Below are positions 38,501 to 46,123 of a stretch of 64,000 nt of DNA, piece by piece. The stretch covers positions 471-64,470 of the forward strand of contig CATJCP010000201.1 of assembly GCA_949737515.1 (NCBI GenBank), read 5' to 3'. The notes beneath the pieces are model-generated. The model saw only the letters and a list, made by a program, of their open reading frames with translations. It searched no databases and had not been told where the DNA came from. This stretch comes from an uncultured Oscillospiraceae bacterium (GTDB lineage: Bacteria; Bacillota; Clostridia; Oscillospirales; Ruminococcaceae). Position 1 is the stretch's first letter, and each line of letters begins with the position of its first letter. The position numbers and the translations under genes were made by a program.

Positions 38501-40333
38501 GAGGGCGGCCTCGTGCTCTGCCTCACAGGACGGGCCGCCAACTATACCATTGAGCCCTCCTTCCAGGCTGTGGGGGAAATTGCCCTGGGAGAGGGCCGGG
38601 ACAACCCTGCCTACCAGTCCACCCGCGCCCAGATGGAGGAGCTGCACATCATCACCAACCGGACCCCCACCATAGGGGATGTAAAGTTGCCCAAGGGGTG
38701 GAGCTTTACCAGAGATTCCTCTGAAAAGCTGCTGGGGGATAGCCAGTCGGAGTATCAGACGTTCTCCTTCCGGTATACCTCCCAGGATGAGAACTACGGC
38801 GATGTAACCGAGGATATCTCCATACCGGTTACGACGGTTGCCGCCGGCATTGAGGGCGGGGAGATACAGCTCCTTCGGCTGGAAAAGCTGGGGGAGGCCC
38901 GGCGGCTGCCCCGGGTCGGGGTTTCGGTACTTGGGGCGCAGCTTCCCGGCAGAACACCAAGCGCAGATGATTTCTATTGGTTCTCCCGCAACAATCTTGT
39001 GCGGGTCGAGGACGCCTACGCCACCCCCATGGGGGATGGGGTCGGCCTTCTGGAGCTCCGGTATGAGGGGAGCGCCGCACCGGCTGCCTGCCTATTGGTG
39101 GAGATCAACAGCGGCAATCCCTCCAAAAACACCATGGCGGATCTTCTGGAAATTGCGGAGGATATCAACCGTCTGTTGGGCAGCGCCAGCGGAAACTTAG
39201 AAGAAGAGGAGCGGGAATTTTTGCAGTCTGTGATCCAGGGGGCCTCTAAGGTACAGGGAGGCCAAACCCAAACCCTGACGCTGGAACAGGCAGAACTTTT
39301 AGATGAGTTCCAGCAAAAGGGCCTGAATGTGACGCTGGAAACCCTTCTGGAATCTGTCCCAGGCACGCCTGCACCAGCGGATGTTTCCGGCTGGGGGATT
39401 GGGGCCGCAGCCAGGGCCGAGGTTAACGACAAGGTGATGCTGGCCGTCACCCCGGTTCAGCCTACAGCGGGGTCGGCTATGGAGCTGGAGCTTGCGCTGA
39501 CCAAAAATGGCGCCCCTGTAGAGGGGGAACTTTCCAGCGCGGTTTTCCTGCGCATGACCCTCCCGGACGGCATCTCCGCAGACGCCATTGGGGAGATCCA
39601 TCAGGCCAAGGGGGAGAGGGCCAATGACTGGACCCCCATCCCCTTCCGAAAGGATGGGCAGGACATTACAGTCAAGCTGGACTCCCTGGAAAAAATACAT
39701 CTTCTGACAGGGGGGAACGGCGGGGACGCTTCCTTTGACAGCGTGCCGGAGGCTGCTGGTGAGACAGCTCTGCCCGCCGCCCAGGCGGATTTTTGGGATA
39801 CTGCTGCTTCAGTTGTCCGGGAGGCCTCCGAGGGCGGAACGGTACGCATCAACGCCAAGGGCTTTGACAGAATGCCGGTCTCCTTTATGGATACTCTGGG
39901 GGAGAATCCCCAGGTGGCGGTCCTGATCCATTGGAACGGTGGGGAGAACATTTTGATCCCCGCCGGCGAGGGCGAAACGCCGGAATCCGATAGGGCCTTC
40001 TATCCCTTGGCGTGGCTGGAGGAGCGGTATGGATCCGGGCAGGCCCATGGCCGATTGGCTGCAGGGGACGTTTGGTCCGTAAACGCGCCGGATGAGGCGG
40101 ATGTGGCCCTGACCGGGGAAACTGTCACCGGAAAGGAACAGGGAGTGGCTTCCTCCCCGCTGACAGAGAAGGAGCCCCAGGACAAGGATCCGGTATCGGA
40201 AAAGGACCTGCCCGCAGGAAGCAGCGCCGTGAAGACAGAAGATAAGAGATCGGCTGTGCCGCTGATACTGGCAGGGCTTCTGGCAGCCGGCCTGTGCGCG
40301 GTGTTTGTAATCCGGACCATCCGGCGCAGATAA
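32552..40333 (+). CDS. giant (2593 aa) secreted, C-terminally membrane-anchored surface protein with MBG(YDG/NY)-type, Ig/FN3-like and novel repeat modules
   Basis: Signal peptide MKKNWKLFLLAFTAAASSLCLTVNA and a Cys-rich motif. S/T/Q linker. MBG-like modules (LTYGQTL; RVYDGS...NYTLEG; ADNYIIDYVPGELII; KAYDGQ...ANYTIEP). FN3-like GLAPSTAYTFEAY and GLEAGTEYVLYAQ. C-terminal TM AVPLILAGLLAAGLCAVFVI plus RTIRRR. No LPXTG. Confidence 0.85.
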   Translation: MKKNWKLFLLAFTAAASSLCLTVNAVDVPSILSSSCLCEQLCTSESIDGSCPVCRENYHDCKGTVRSPSEAAPGESSQGGLVIYSFESLAPDVAVQQSEGTDLSSLRFPVSLRGEIRNQGGELESVMIAVTWELDPSGGAAAFQGDVPGEYRFIPLIPSRYSVAGGVALPRITIQVGGGTGTPSASSTASSSSTAANNIAAGVSSGQPSSQGSSTPQVSQASQPQSSQTSQPDRLSGSGPVEFRFEKEAYEAMRGAPTLTAAVTVSGGASLGGSAVLYLDNQEMERKNVTVAGAYPFTVKVQDLLPGKHVLRGEYIPAGERSAAAIVTAELEIKGGAFTVQTMPSAENLTYGQTLSESEISPGTVVDSLGAAVKGEFQWKDPDYMPKTGPSEVYPVVFRPEDSSSGETIEMQVQVGVRPAVLTVTEVSSYGRVYDGSRRLMRCTIGFEGQPEDARDDRVVIVGEVLLGSPVGGGASGDVGRYRAVDLQNLFLAGMNSENYTLEGVAALEDVPLEREIEITPARLTVSVREPVVITMGDPMPELAQEDLSILGLVPGETDSEIDFEEMSTSCTPENSREPGSGTIKAEGLEADNYIIDYVPGELIIEEMVFDGLPYDVEGEKGANGWYTGEITLTPNDSAGRFQFISVNGGRSWDDSVTIDEEGIHELSILMGTAAGRDGVSVEVPAFSYKLDEEAPQLGRMKTNYSEDWTNEDASFTLSCENTPASPVTFYVRVNGGEWSPISGDTYTTASIQTVEFKAVSESGQESPPSQEYEVKIDKAGAGKPSLTGASPNWTAEEAILTVKAPSPMPESGIREFSYSTNGGKRWSDPIEWEEDGENRFIIDEDGDYTNNILVRIVTNVGSEGESVPYTVKLDSSEPEFSVSAVSDGKSYEEGEPSEQPITFTITPEEGEDIPSGVTYFYSTDDGAQWTALAGNQLMIHPTQTVQRTAYTFKAVTGAGVESEEETFRVLLYRPSFTPTRASGPAGGWSREQVTLAPSGGLPEDQLESYEYCVTETDQKPGEDAEWEAFQRELNVYREMDAYFWFRAVSLCGTRGGESSSPVHLQIDRTAPVIRRESVADITENAAVISLESGESGEVYYLLESGGSSEDGPEAEEIAEGTSTGKIDGQASFPIMGLESGGEYTVSLVVKDRAGNLSRPAQLSFVTKPPMPQGVLTEIDYQEETIRFSSQYELNDSPDFPDAGEIVSGTISAYIPGPGEPARTLYLRSKAEGDLPASDPMEVTIPPRPENTASVEIDYYGETVSLEPGMLYSFDGEEFEEADGPVSISGRIPEEDERVTLSYRMAATETQFASAIEGINIPARPAAPPAPALKEQGKDSITLDGAENGAYYRCDGGSWQKSMVFQGLAPSTAYTFEAYIPATEQNFSSRESQSSEFATLFALPEEDAAAISFEDETITYDGQKYEVSLDESFEDIIRDGGSISEYIPAAGSGEGTLYIRARGDRETSPSEGEAFSLPARPEPPVIRAAAGLYNIMAVYGDNQEFYLAEAGDSEDIDWDEVRWQDSGSFRGLEAGTEYVLYAQVASGENSFRSERVQARVKTLASVAVQTGGEGEGQGTASVLVNGTPLYAAEPGDVLEWRAEGSSEYTPSLSVEGTAGEISGPYREGDAWIWRSTVSDEDQEIEGTVDFGQRKLVSIQPTVKTVSLTAGSQANESVSAIQDHLEGTVPVQALYDNGAWEEMYLPYILSEDSEDWEPKGGEYLFSAQSEEDGDISCDVKVIVHPTVAAVDAGGDIFLPVSPEGYSLSDIPLPETARIRYSSGEEEDLDIQWDRPAVPGGFGTREGRLSFIGEIELPEWAVGEAEVSVTVAAVEQEDISQFLTLSIEGWEYGEPAKAPKAEAEQGVSLNDTAFTYTYSGIALDGSPLEDSEEPPEKAGVYTLRAVYQDAEQAGSVTAPLEIKAAPLTVASAELPVKAYDGQSGAEISSIALDGAKNGDDLVLGRDFEAAGIFFEDGQVGSAKAAEGGLVLCLTGRAANYTIEPSFQAVGEIALGEGRDNPAYQSTRAQMEELHIITNRTPTIGDVKLPKGWSFTRDSSEKLLGDSQSEYQTFSFRYTSQDENYGDVTEDISIPVTTVAAGIEGGEIQLLRLEKLGEARRLPRVGVSVLGAQLPGRTPSADDFYWFSRNNLVRVEDAYATPMGDGVGLLELRYEGSAAPAACLLVEINSGNPSKNTMADLLEIAEDINRLLGSASGNLEEEEREFLQSVIQGASKVQGGQTQTLTLEQAELLDEFQQKGLNVTLETLLESVPGTPAPADVSGWGIGAAARAEVNDKVMLAVTPVQPTAGSAMELELALTKNGAPVEGELSSAVFLRMTLPDGISADAIGEIHQAKGERANDWTPIPFRKDGQDITVKLDSLEKIHLLTGGNGGDASFDSVPEAAGETALPAAQADFWDTAASVVREASEGGTVRINAKGFDRMPVSFMDTLGENPQVAVLIHWNGGENILIPAGEGETPESDRAFYPLAWLEERYGSGQAHGRLAAGDVWSVNAPDEADVALTGETVTGKEQGVASSPLTEKEPQDKDPVSEKDLPAGSSAVKTEDKRSAVPLILAGLLAAGLCAVFVIRTIRRR
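36074..37010 (+). repeat. three ~78-aa protein-level repeat modules inside the giant gene
   Basis: The three modules are IDYQEETIRF...ISAYIPGPGEPARTLYLRSKA...VTIPPRPE, then IDYYGETVSL...ISGRIPEEDERVTLSYRMA...INIPARPAAP, then ISFEDETITY...ISEYIPAAGSGEGTLYIRARG...FSLPARPEPP. The second and third are separated by an FN3-like module. Confidence 0.7.
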
Positions 40334-40358
40334 GCTGAAAGGCGATTGTCTGAAGCAG

Positions 40359-40408
40359 TACGGGGTATTCCGCCAACAGCCAGTTGGACGGAATACCCCG
40401 TGTTTGAT
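40359..40408 (+). terminator. intrinsic terminator after the giant gene
   Basis: ACGGGGTATTCCG-N16-CGGAATACCCCGT followed by GTTTGATT. Confidence 0.65.
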
Positions 40409-40411
40409 TGG

Positions 40412-41188
40412 TCATTTGTGCGATTCGGCGGTACCTTCTTTTACCGCCAGTGTTGCGTAATAGAGGGGGACGTTGAAATCATGAAGGTTTCCGGAGGCGT
40501 CTGTATCCTGGTAAATGTCCTTTAAAAGGAACCCGGCTTTCAGCTGGCCGCCGACCTGCTCCTCTATGGTGTGGGAAAACTGAACGCCGTCATCCTGCTG
40601 CATGGCCTCCTCCATCAGTTTCTCGTCAGTCAGGGGGTTATAGGGCAGCTTATATTTAAAGGTTTTTTCATCCAGATCAAATACAAAGTTGATCCCATTG
40701 TCAAACCCCGCCAAAAGCCGCCCGCCGTCCTTCAGCACCCGGAAACATTCCCGCCAGATGGGATAAACATCCTCTACATAGCAGTTTGACACCGGGTGGA
40801 AAATCAGGTCAAAGGTTCCGTCCGGGAAGGGGAGGGGCTGGGTCATATCCGCCCTTACGATTTCAATGGGGTATCCCTCCCGCTGGGATACCATGCGCTC
40901 GCTTTCCAGCTGGGACAGGGAGTAGTCCAGCACCGTGCAGTCCGCGCCCAGGGCGGAAAATATGGGCATCTGCTGCCCGCCACCGCTGGCAAGCCCCAGA
41001 ACCCTAGCCCCCGCCAGGCTGCCGAACCATTCCTTCGGGACCGGCTTCATGGGGGTGAGGACCACGGACCAGTCCCCGGACTTTGCCCTCTGATATACCT
41101 CATGACTGATGGGCTGGCCCCATTCCCAACCCTGAGAGACCCAGCTGTCAATGACCGCCGCGTTGATATCCGTATATTTGTTTTCCAT
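40412..41188 (-). CDS. class I SAM-dependent methyltransferase
   Basis: Motif I VLGLASGGGQQMPIFSALGADCTVLDYS, post-I acidic residue, motif II/III region FDLIFHPVS...LKDGGRLL. Confidence 0.8.
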   Translation of the reverse strand: MENKYTDINAAVIDSWVSQGWEWGQPISHEVYQRAKSGDWSVVLTPMKPVPKEWFGSLAGARVLGLASGGGQQMPIFSALGADCTVLDYSLSQLESERMVSQREGYPIEIVRADMTQPLPFPDGTFDLIFHPVSNCYVEDVYPIWRECFRVLKDGGRLLAGFDNGINFVFDLDEKTFKYKLPYNPLTDEKLMEEAMQQDDGVQFSHTIEEQVGGQLKAGFLLKDIYQDTDASGNLHDFNVPLYYATLAVKEGTAESHK

Positions 41189-41353
41189 CCTTTTTCCTCT
41201 TTTCTCTTTTTATCCTGTGTTGATAGGCATAAATATGTATTGCATTTTTGTCCAGCCGTTGTTATCATAAGATCAAAGTGCCTGTGCCAACCGGCTGCGA
41301 CTGGGTGGCCAAAATCGTGAAAGCTGAATTTACAATGGAGGCGTCAATGAAGT

Positions 41354-42118
41354 ATGATCAAAAAATTTAACACCACCATTACCCCCCTGCAGAAGGATCG
41401 AACCATCCACCTGTACCTTCCCCAAGGGTATGAGGATACAGACGAGAGGTATCCTGTCCTTTATATGTACGACGGGCATAACCTCTACCGGGACGAGGAC
41501 GCCACCTATGGAAAATCCTGGGGGTTTGAGACATTTTTGGACCAGTATGACAAGCCCTTTATCATGGTGGGGGTTGAGTGCGACCACGAAGGGGAGAACC
41601 GGCTGAGCGAGTACTGCCCCTACCGCCTGCCGGAATCCCATTTCGGCTCCCTCCAGGGGTATGGAGACGTGTTTATGGAGTGGGTAGTCAATGAGCTGAA
41701 GCCGCAGATAGACGCGCAGTACCGGACCATTCCCTTCCGGGAATGCACCATGATCGGGGGCGCGTCTATGGGCGGGCTGATGGCCCTGTACAGCGTGATC
41801 CGCTTTAACCAGTATTTTTCCAAGGCCGCCTGCCTATCCTCCTCAATTACGTTGTGTATGGACCACTTAAAGCAGGAGATAGACCGGGATACGGTTGACC
41901 CCGACACCAGGGTATATCTCAGCTGGGGGAGCAGGGAATGCCGGGGAAAGTCGGGGATGGCGGCAGCGTACCGCCGTCACCGGGAGCTGGCCCAAAGACT
42001 GAACCGCCATGGGGCGCGGACGCTCCTCAATCCTGTGAGCGGAGGCAGGCACTGCGAGGCAGATTGGGAAAAGCAGATCCCATTATTTATGGATTACCTT
42101 TGGAGACAGGGCGATTGA
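41354..42118 (+). CDS. alpha/beta-hydrolase, 'putative esterase' (esterase D/enterochelin-esterase-like) family
   Basis: RYPVLYMYDGHNLY, nucleophile elbow GGASMGGLMAL, C-terminal GGRHCE. Confidence 0.8.
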   Translation: MIKKFNTTITPLQKDRTIHLYLPQGYEDTDERYPVLYMYDGHNLYRDEDATYGKSWGFETFLDQYDKPFIMVGVECDHEGENRLSEYCPYRLPESHFGSLQGYGDVFMEWVVNELKPQIDAQYRTIPFRECTMIGGASMGGLMALYSVIRFNQYFSKAACLSSSITLCMDHLKQEIDRDTVDPDTRVYLSWGSRECRGKSGMAAAYRRHRELAQRLNRHGARTLLNPVSGGRHCEADWEKQIPLFMDYLWRQGD

Positions 42119-42139
42119 CGGCCTGTTAAAGCTGAAAAC

Positions 42140-42178
42140 GGAGGGGATTCCGCTGGGCAGTCCGGCGGGATCCCCTCC
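42140..42178 (-). terminator. stem-loop between convergent esterase and hflX genes
   Basis: GGAGGGGAT ... ATCCCCTCC, with CGTTTTC on the minus strand after the stem. Confidence 0.45.
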
Positions 42179-42183
42179 CCGCT

Positions 42184-43464
42184 TCAGGGGGTCTGAAGGA
42201 TATATGGCTCCACCTGAGCCAGGACGCGCCGGTCTACCAGGGCGTCTACCCTGGTCCCCTTTTCAGTGTACTCCTCAGAAAATACCTTTCCCTCCTGGCG
42301 GATCAACCCCAGCAGCGCCCCCTTTTCAAAGGGGATTTCCAGCTGGAGGCGGCGCTGTGTCTTTTCCAAGAGGGCGGAGATCTTCTCCAAAAGCGCGTCA
42401 AACCCAAATCCTGTTTTGGCGGAGATCAGGGCAACCCTCCCGTTGACTGGAATGGGACATTCCTCAATGAGATCACACTTGTTCAGGACAGTCAAGACAG
42501 GGGTTTCCGCGAAGGCTTCGGCGTTGGGGCCCTTTGCCCTTTCACGCAGCTCCCGTATCACATCCTCTGTCACTGAGACCTGTTCCTGGACCTCTGGAGA
42601 GGAGACATCGCAGACATTGAGCAGCAGATCTGCTTCCAGGGCCTCCTCCAGGGTGGAGTGGAACGCCTCCACCAGCTGATGGGGCAGGCGGCGCACCAGC
42701 CCGACGGTGTCGATCAGCATCACAGTCCTCCCGTCGGGGAGGGAGAGGCCCCGGGAGGTGGGGTCCAGCGTAGCAAAGAGCTTATCCTCCGCCAATACCC
42801 CCGCGTCGGTCAGGGCGTTGAGGAGGGTGGACTTTCCCACATTGGTGTATCCCACAATGGCGACGCAGGGGACGCCGTTTTTCCTGCGCCGGCTCCGCAG
42901 CAGTTCCCGCTGGCTTTCTAGTTCCCGGAGCTGGGCCTCCAGGGCAGTGATCCTGCGGCGGACATGCCGCCGGTCGGTTTCCAGCTGGCTTTCGCCGGGG
43001 CCCCTGGTGCCAATGCCGCCTCCCAGCCGGGACAAAACGTTTCCCTTTCCCCCAAGACGCGGGAGGCGGTACTTCTGCTGGGCCAGCTCCACCTGGAGCC
43101 GCCCTGCGCTGGTGACGGCCCGTTGGGCGAAGATATCCAGGATCAGGGTGGTGCGGTCAATGACCTCCACTCCAGTGGCGTTTTCAATGTTCCGCACCTG
43201 GCTTGCGGAAAGCTCTCCGTCAAAGATGATCAGGTTGGCCCCATCCCCTTGGCAGAACTCCCGAACCTCTTCCAGGCAGCCAGAGCCGACGCAGGTTGCA
43301 GGATCGAAGCTGGCCCGCCGCTGGCTGATCTTTGCCGCCGTCTCCGCCCCCGCCGTTTCCGCCAGCTCGGAGAGCTCGTCAAGGGATAGGTTGACATCAT
43401 ATTCTCCAATATCGGCCGCCAGAAGGACAGCCCTTTGTTTTTGCTGTTGATTTGTTTCAAACAT
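42184..43464 (-). CDS. hflX: GTPase HflX (ribosome-splitting/rescue factor family)
   Basis: HflX N-domain (LSELAETAGAE..., DRTTLILDIFAQRA, RLQVELAQQKYRLPRL). G motifs GYTNVGKST, DTVG, NKCD. GGGAGGG RBS. Confidence 0.95.
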   Translation of the reverse strand: MFETNQQQKQRAVLLAADIGEYDVNLSLDELSELAETAGAETAAKISQRRASFDPATCVGSGCLEEVREFCQGDGANLIIFDGELSASQVRNIENATGVEVIDRTTLILDIFAQRAVTSAGRLQVELAQQKYRLPRLGGKGNVLSRLGGGIGTRGPGESQLETDRRHVRRRITALEAQLRELESQRELLRSRRRKNGVPCVAIVGYTNVGKSTLLNALTDAGVLAEDKLFATLDPTSRGLSLPDGRTVMLIDTVGLVRRLPHQLVEAFHSTLEEALEADLLLNVCDVSSPEVQEQVSVTEDVIRELRERAKGPNAEAFAETPVLTVLNKCDLIEECPIPVNGRVALISAKTGFGFDALLEKISALLEKTQRRLQLEIPFEKGALLGLIRQEGKVFSEEYTEKGTRVDALVDRRVLAQVEPYILQTP

Positions 43465-43511
43465 ATTGTTATCCCTCCCAATGGTTTACAGATTTCATGC
43501 TTCCAGTTTCT

Positions 43512-43553
43512 GCAGAAAAACAGGCCAAAATCCACGGGGTGGGTTTTGGCCTG
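43512..43553 (-). terminator. intrinsic terminator inside the hflX 5' leader (attenuator)
   Basis: Minus strand CAGGCCAAAA-(CCCACCCCGTGGA)-TTTTGGCCTG followed by TTTTTCT. Lies 48 nt upstream of the hflX ATG and about 250 nt downstream of the promoter. Confidence 0.7.
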
Positions 43554-43740
43554 CGGCGCATACGCTCATACAATTCATTGAAAGGGGGGTTCCGGCATGG
43601 CGCCACCCTGCCGCCTTTGGAAAAACCCGAAGGCATAGGTGCGCAAAAAACGCTGAGAAAGCCCTACTTCATCTGTATGAGTAACTGCAGGCACAACAAA
43701 CACACCCACCGAATGGTGGAAATGGTTTTATTTTACTGCA

Positions 43741-43764
43741 TTACCGATACAAACGAATCCGCAT
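43741..43764 (-). CDS. candidate 7-codon leader peptide MRIRLYR (uORF of the hflX leader)
   Basis: ATG CGG ATT CGT TTG TAT CGG TAA, preceded by AGGAGG at an 11-nt spacing and about 35 nt downstream of the promoter -10. Too short for any statistical support. Confidence 0.45.
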   Translation of the reverse strand: MRIRLYR

Positions 43765-43815
43765 TTTACAGCGTTCCTCCTGATTTTTATTGATTTGCTC
43801 TCATAGAGCTCCTCT

Positions 43816-43844
43816 ACAATACCATAAAGGGGAAGCTTTGTCAA
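43816..43844 (-). promoter_or_regulatory. strong sigma-A-like promoter of the hflX leader
   Basis: Minus strand TTGACA, 17 nt, TGG-TATTGT (extended -10). Confidence 0.65.
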
Positions 43845-43934
43845 CCTCTTTTTCAGCTGAATTTTAAGGGGGAGTGATTGGGCAGAAGAGGGGCCGCCCT
43901 GTCTCCAAGGGGGACAGGGCGGCCAGGGATATTG

Positions 43935-46001
43935 TTAGTATGTCAGTCTCACAACCTGATGGAGCTCAATCTCCGGCAGCTTTATTTTCCAGAAGCCGCC
44001 CTCTGCCTCTAAGGTAAGGGGCTTGGCCTCCGGATATACCAATTCTGCGCTCTTCAGCGCATACTTCTTCTGGTCTACCGCCAGGACGCCGCCGTCCACA
44101 GCCGGGGCGTCCCCGTTGAACCGTTCGGCGATATGGGATACCTCGTGGATGATCACTTCCTGATGGGCGGGCCGGTCGTAGGCCACAAACCCCAGGGCGT
44201 GATGATTCCCAGTCTTTAAGGCAATAGACGGTTCCTTCAGCGCCTCTGCGGTGATCTCCCCGAAAATGCCGTCTAAGTAGTTCAGCTCCGGCTCGGTCAT
44301 CATATCAAAGGCGGCGTAGAACACTTGTCCCTTGCCGAAAGCATTGAGCAGGATGGCGGGGTCGTTGGTGGGGGTCTTAGGCGGCGGGCACCACCAGTTG
44401 ACCCAGGTATTGGCGGTCAGTTCCGTGGCGGGGTAGACAAAATGGGTCAGCGCCTCTGCCCCGGCGGCCTTTACCTGGTAGTAAACGCTCCCCACAGGGG
44501 CGAAGGTCTTGCTGATGGACTTGAGGAGGGGGTGGCCCGAGGGCTCCAGATATCCGCCCCACTTGGCGGCCTTGTAACGGGTGATCTCTCCAATGTACCC
44601 AGCCCCCATCAGGTCGGCCAGGGCAAAGTTGGAGCGCATTTTCCCGTCCGCCTCAAACATACCGGTCAGGCCGGAGAGCACCAGATATCCGCCGTCCTCC
44701 ACAAAGGACTTCAGCGCAGCGTGGAGCTCATCGCTGACATGGAACACATTGGGCAGTATCACCATCCGGAATTTTTTGAGCATACCGGCGGAGACGTCCT
44801 GCTCTGGGACGATCTTCCAGGTCATACCGCTGGCGTCGCAGAGCTTCATGGCCCCCATAACCGCGGTGCGGTGGATGCTGCCCTGCTTTACCCGCCCGAT
44901 GGCGTTGGGCACCAGCACAAAGTGATTGTTGATGCTGGCGGAAACGTCGCTTTGGAGGATGGCAATATCGGCGATGACCTCCCGGTCAGAGAGGTATTTT
45001 TCAAATTTCTCCACTTCCTGGTAGGCGGCGCCCACATGCTGCGCCTCCTCGTGCTCCAGGGTGCCGTCAGGATGCTGGGAACCGGAGTACATGAATACCC
45101 GGCAGCCCTGAGCGGCGATCTGGGCGGCAGCCAGCTTGTAGATGTTCTTGCTGCGGTAGTTGTAGACCTCCGAAACGTCTCCCGGGCCCAGCTGCGGGTA
45201 TTGCCCTACAGCGGTATCCCTGGCGTAGGCCGCGGACAGCCAGTTCCCCGCAAAGGGCTCGGTAAACTGGTAATCCAGCTTATCCCGGATGGCCTTGCAG
45301 TACAGCGCCGCAAAGTTTACGGTGATCTTGATGTCCGGGACGTGCTTCTGCATGACGGCGCGGATGTCGTCCAGCATGGAGGCGGCGCTGCGGTCCAGGA
45401 AGTTGTTGATGTCCTGGTAGTGTTCGACAATCTCCTCATCCTTTTCGGGGAGGGGATAGCCGCACTCCCTCTCAAACTTGGCCCGGCAGGAAGGACAGTA
45501 GCAGAGGGACTTCCCGAAGATATCCAGGAACAGGGAATCTGGATGGTAGTTTTGGGCGATCTCATCCAACTGGTCCAGGACATACTGGCGGTATCCTGTC
45601 TCATAACAGGGCATCTTCCAGTGGGCTATGGGGGAGGAGCAGGTCAGGGGGGTGCCGTCCGGCTTTACAATGGCCCATTCGGGATGGGCTACCGGCGCAT
45701 AGGTGTCGTATTCCAGGCAGTAGTAGGCGTTGAACTCAATGTTGTTCCGGGTCAGGACCTCCCGCAGCTCCGCGATCCAGTCCCGGTCCCCCAGTCCGGG
45801 GTGCTTTTTGCCTACCTTGGTGTTGTAATAGCTGGCCCCCCAGTGGTCCTTGGTGTAGACCATCAGGCTGGTAATGTTGGCCTCTTTGAAGAAGGTCTCG
45901 TATTCCTTGGGGTCCAGCTTGTCGAGGGTGATGATGGGGGTATCGGGGGAATGGTGGTCCACCAGATAGCCCCGGTATGCCGATTTGTAGAGATTTGACA
46001 T
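43935..46001 (-). CDS. putative glycoside hydrolase (GHL6 / GH42-like TIM barrel with beta-galactosidase-trimerisation-like domain)
   Basis: YLVDHHSPDTPIITLDKLDPKEYETFFKEANITSLMVYTKDHWGASYYNTKVGKKHPGLGDRDWIAELREVLTRNNIEFNAYY matches the GHL6-type N-terminus. Last gene of the importer operon. Confidence 0.65.
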   Translation of the reverse strand: MSNLYKSAYRGYLVDHHSPDTPIITLDKLDPKEYETFFKEANITSLMVYTKDHWGASYYNTKVGKKHPGLGDRDWIAELREVLTRNNIEFNAYYCLEYDTYAPVAHPEWAIVKPDGTPLTCSSPIAHWKMPCYETGYRQYVLDQLDEIAQNYHPDSLFLDIFGKSLCYCPSCRAKFERECGYPLPEKDEEIVEHYQDINNFLDRSAASMLDDIRAVMQKHVPDIKITVNFAALYCKAIRDKLDYQFTEPFAGNWLSAAYARDTAVGQYPQLGPGDVSEVYNYRSKNIYKLAAAQIAAQGCRVFMYSGSQHPDGTLEHEEAQHVGAAYQEVEKFEKYLSDREVIADIAILQSDVSASINNHFVLVPNAIGRVKQGSIHRTAVMGAMKLCDASGMTWKIVPEQDVSAGMLKKFRMVILPNVFHVSDELHAALKSFVEDGGYLVLSGLTGMFEADGKMRSNFALADLMGAGYIGEITRYKAAKWGGYLEPSGHPLLKSISKTFAPVGSVYYQVKAAGAEALTHFVYPATELTANTWVNWWCPPPKTPTNDPAILLNAFGKGQVFYAAFDMMTEPELNYLDGIFGEITAEALKEPSIALKTGNHHALGFVAYDRPAHQEVIIHEVSHIAERFNGDAPAVDGGVLAVDQKKYALKSAELVYPEAKPLTLEAEGGFWKIKLPEIELHQVVRLTY

Positions 46002-46036
46002 TTCTGCACGTCCCTTCCCCGTTTTGGGTATTATTT

Positions 46037-46080
46037 GGGGATCTATCCTTTCCGCGGCTTAACCGTCCGAATAGATCCCC
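46037..46080 (-). other. intercistronic stem-loop between the SBP gene and the hydrolase gene
   Basis: GGGGATCTAT-N24-ATAGATCCCC (perfect 10-bp arms), no T-run. Confidence 0.5.
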
Positions 46081-46123
46081 ATAAGGTTGATTTGATTACA
46101 GCTTTACGCTGTTGTCTATGGCT

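Noticed and set aside
43452-43793. 113-aa plus-strand ORF across the hflX leader
   Set aside because: It is antisense to a region with a clear promoter, uORF and terminator organisation on the minus strand. It has no RBS.
44325-45998. 557-aa plus-strand ORF antisense to the GHL6-like hydrolase; similar ORFs lie at 46112-47122, 47207-47782 and 17955-18920 over the SBP genes
   Set aside because: These translations are G/V/A/R/P-rich and lack motifs or an RBS. The opposite strand encodes recognisable proteins with lipoboxes and RBSs.
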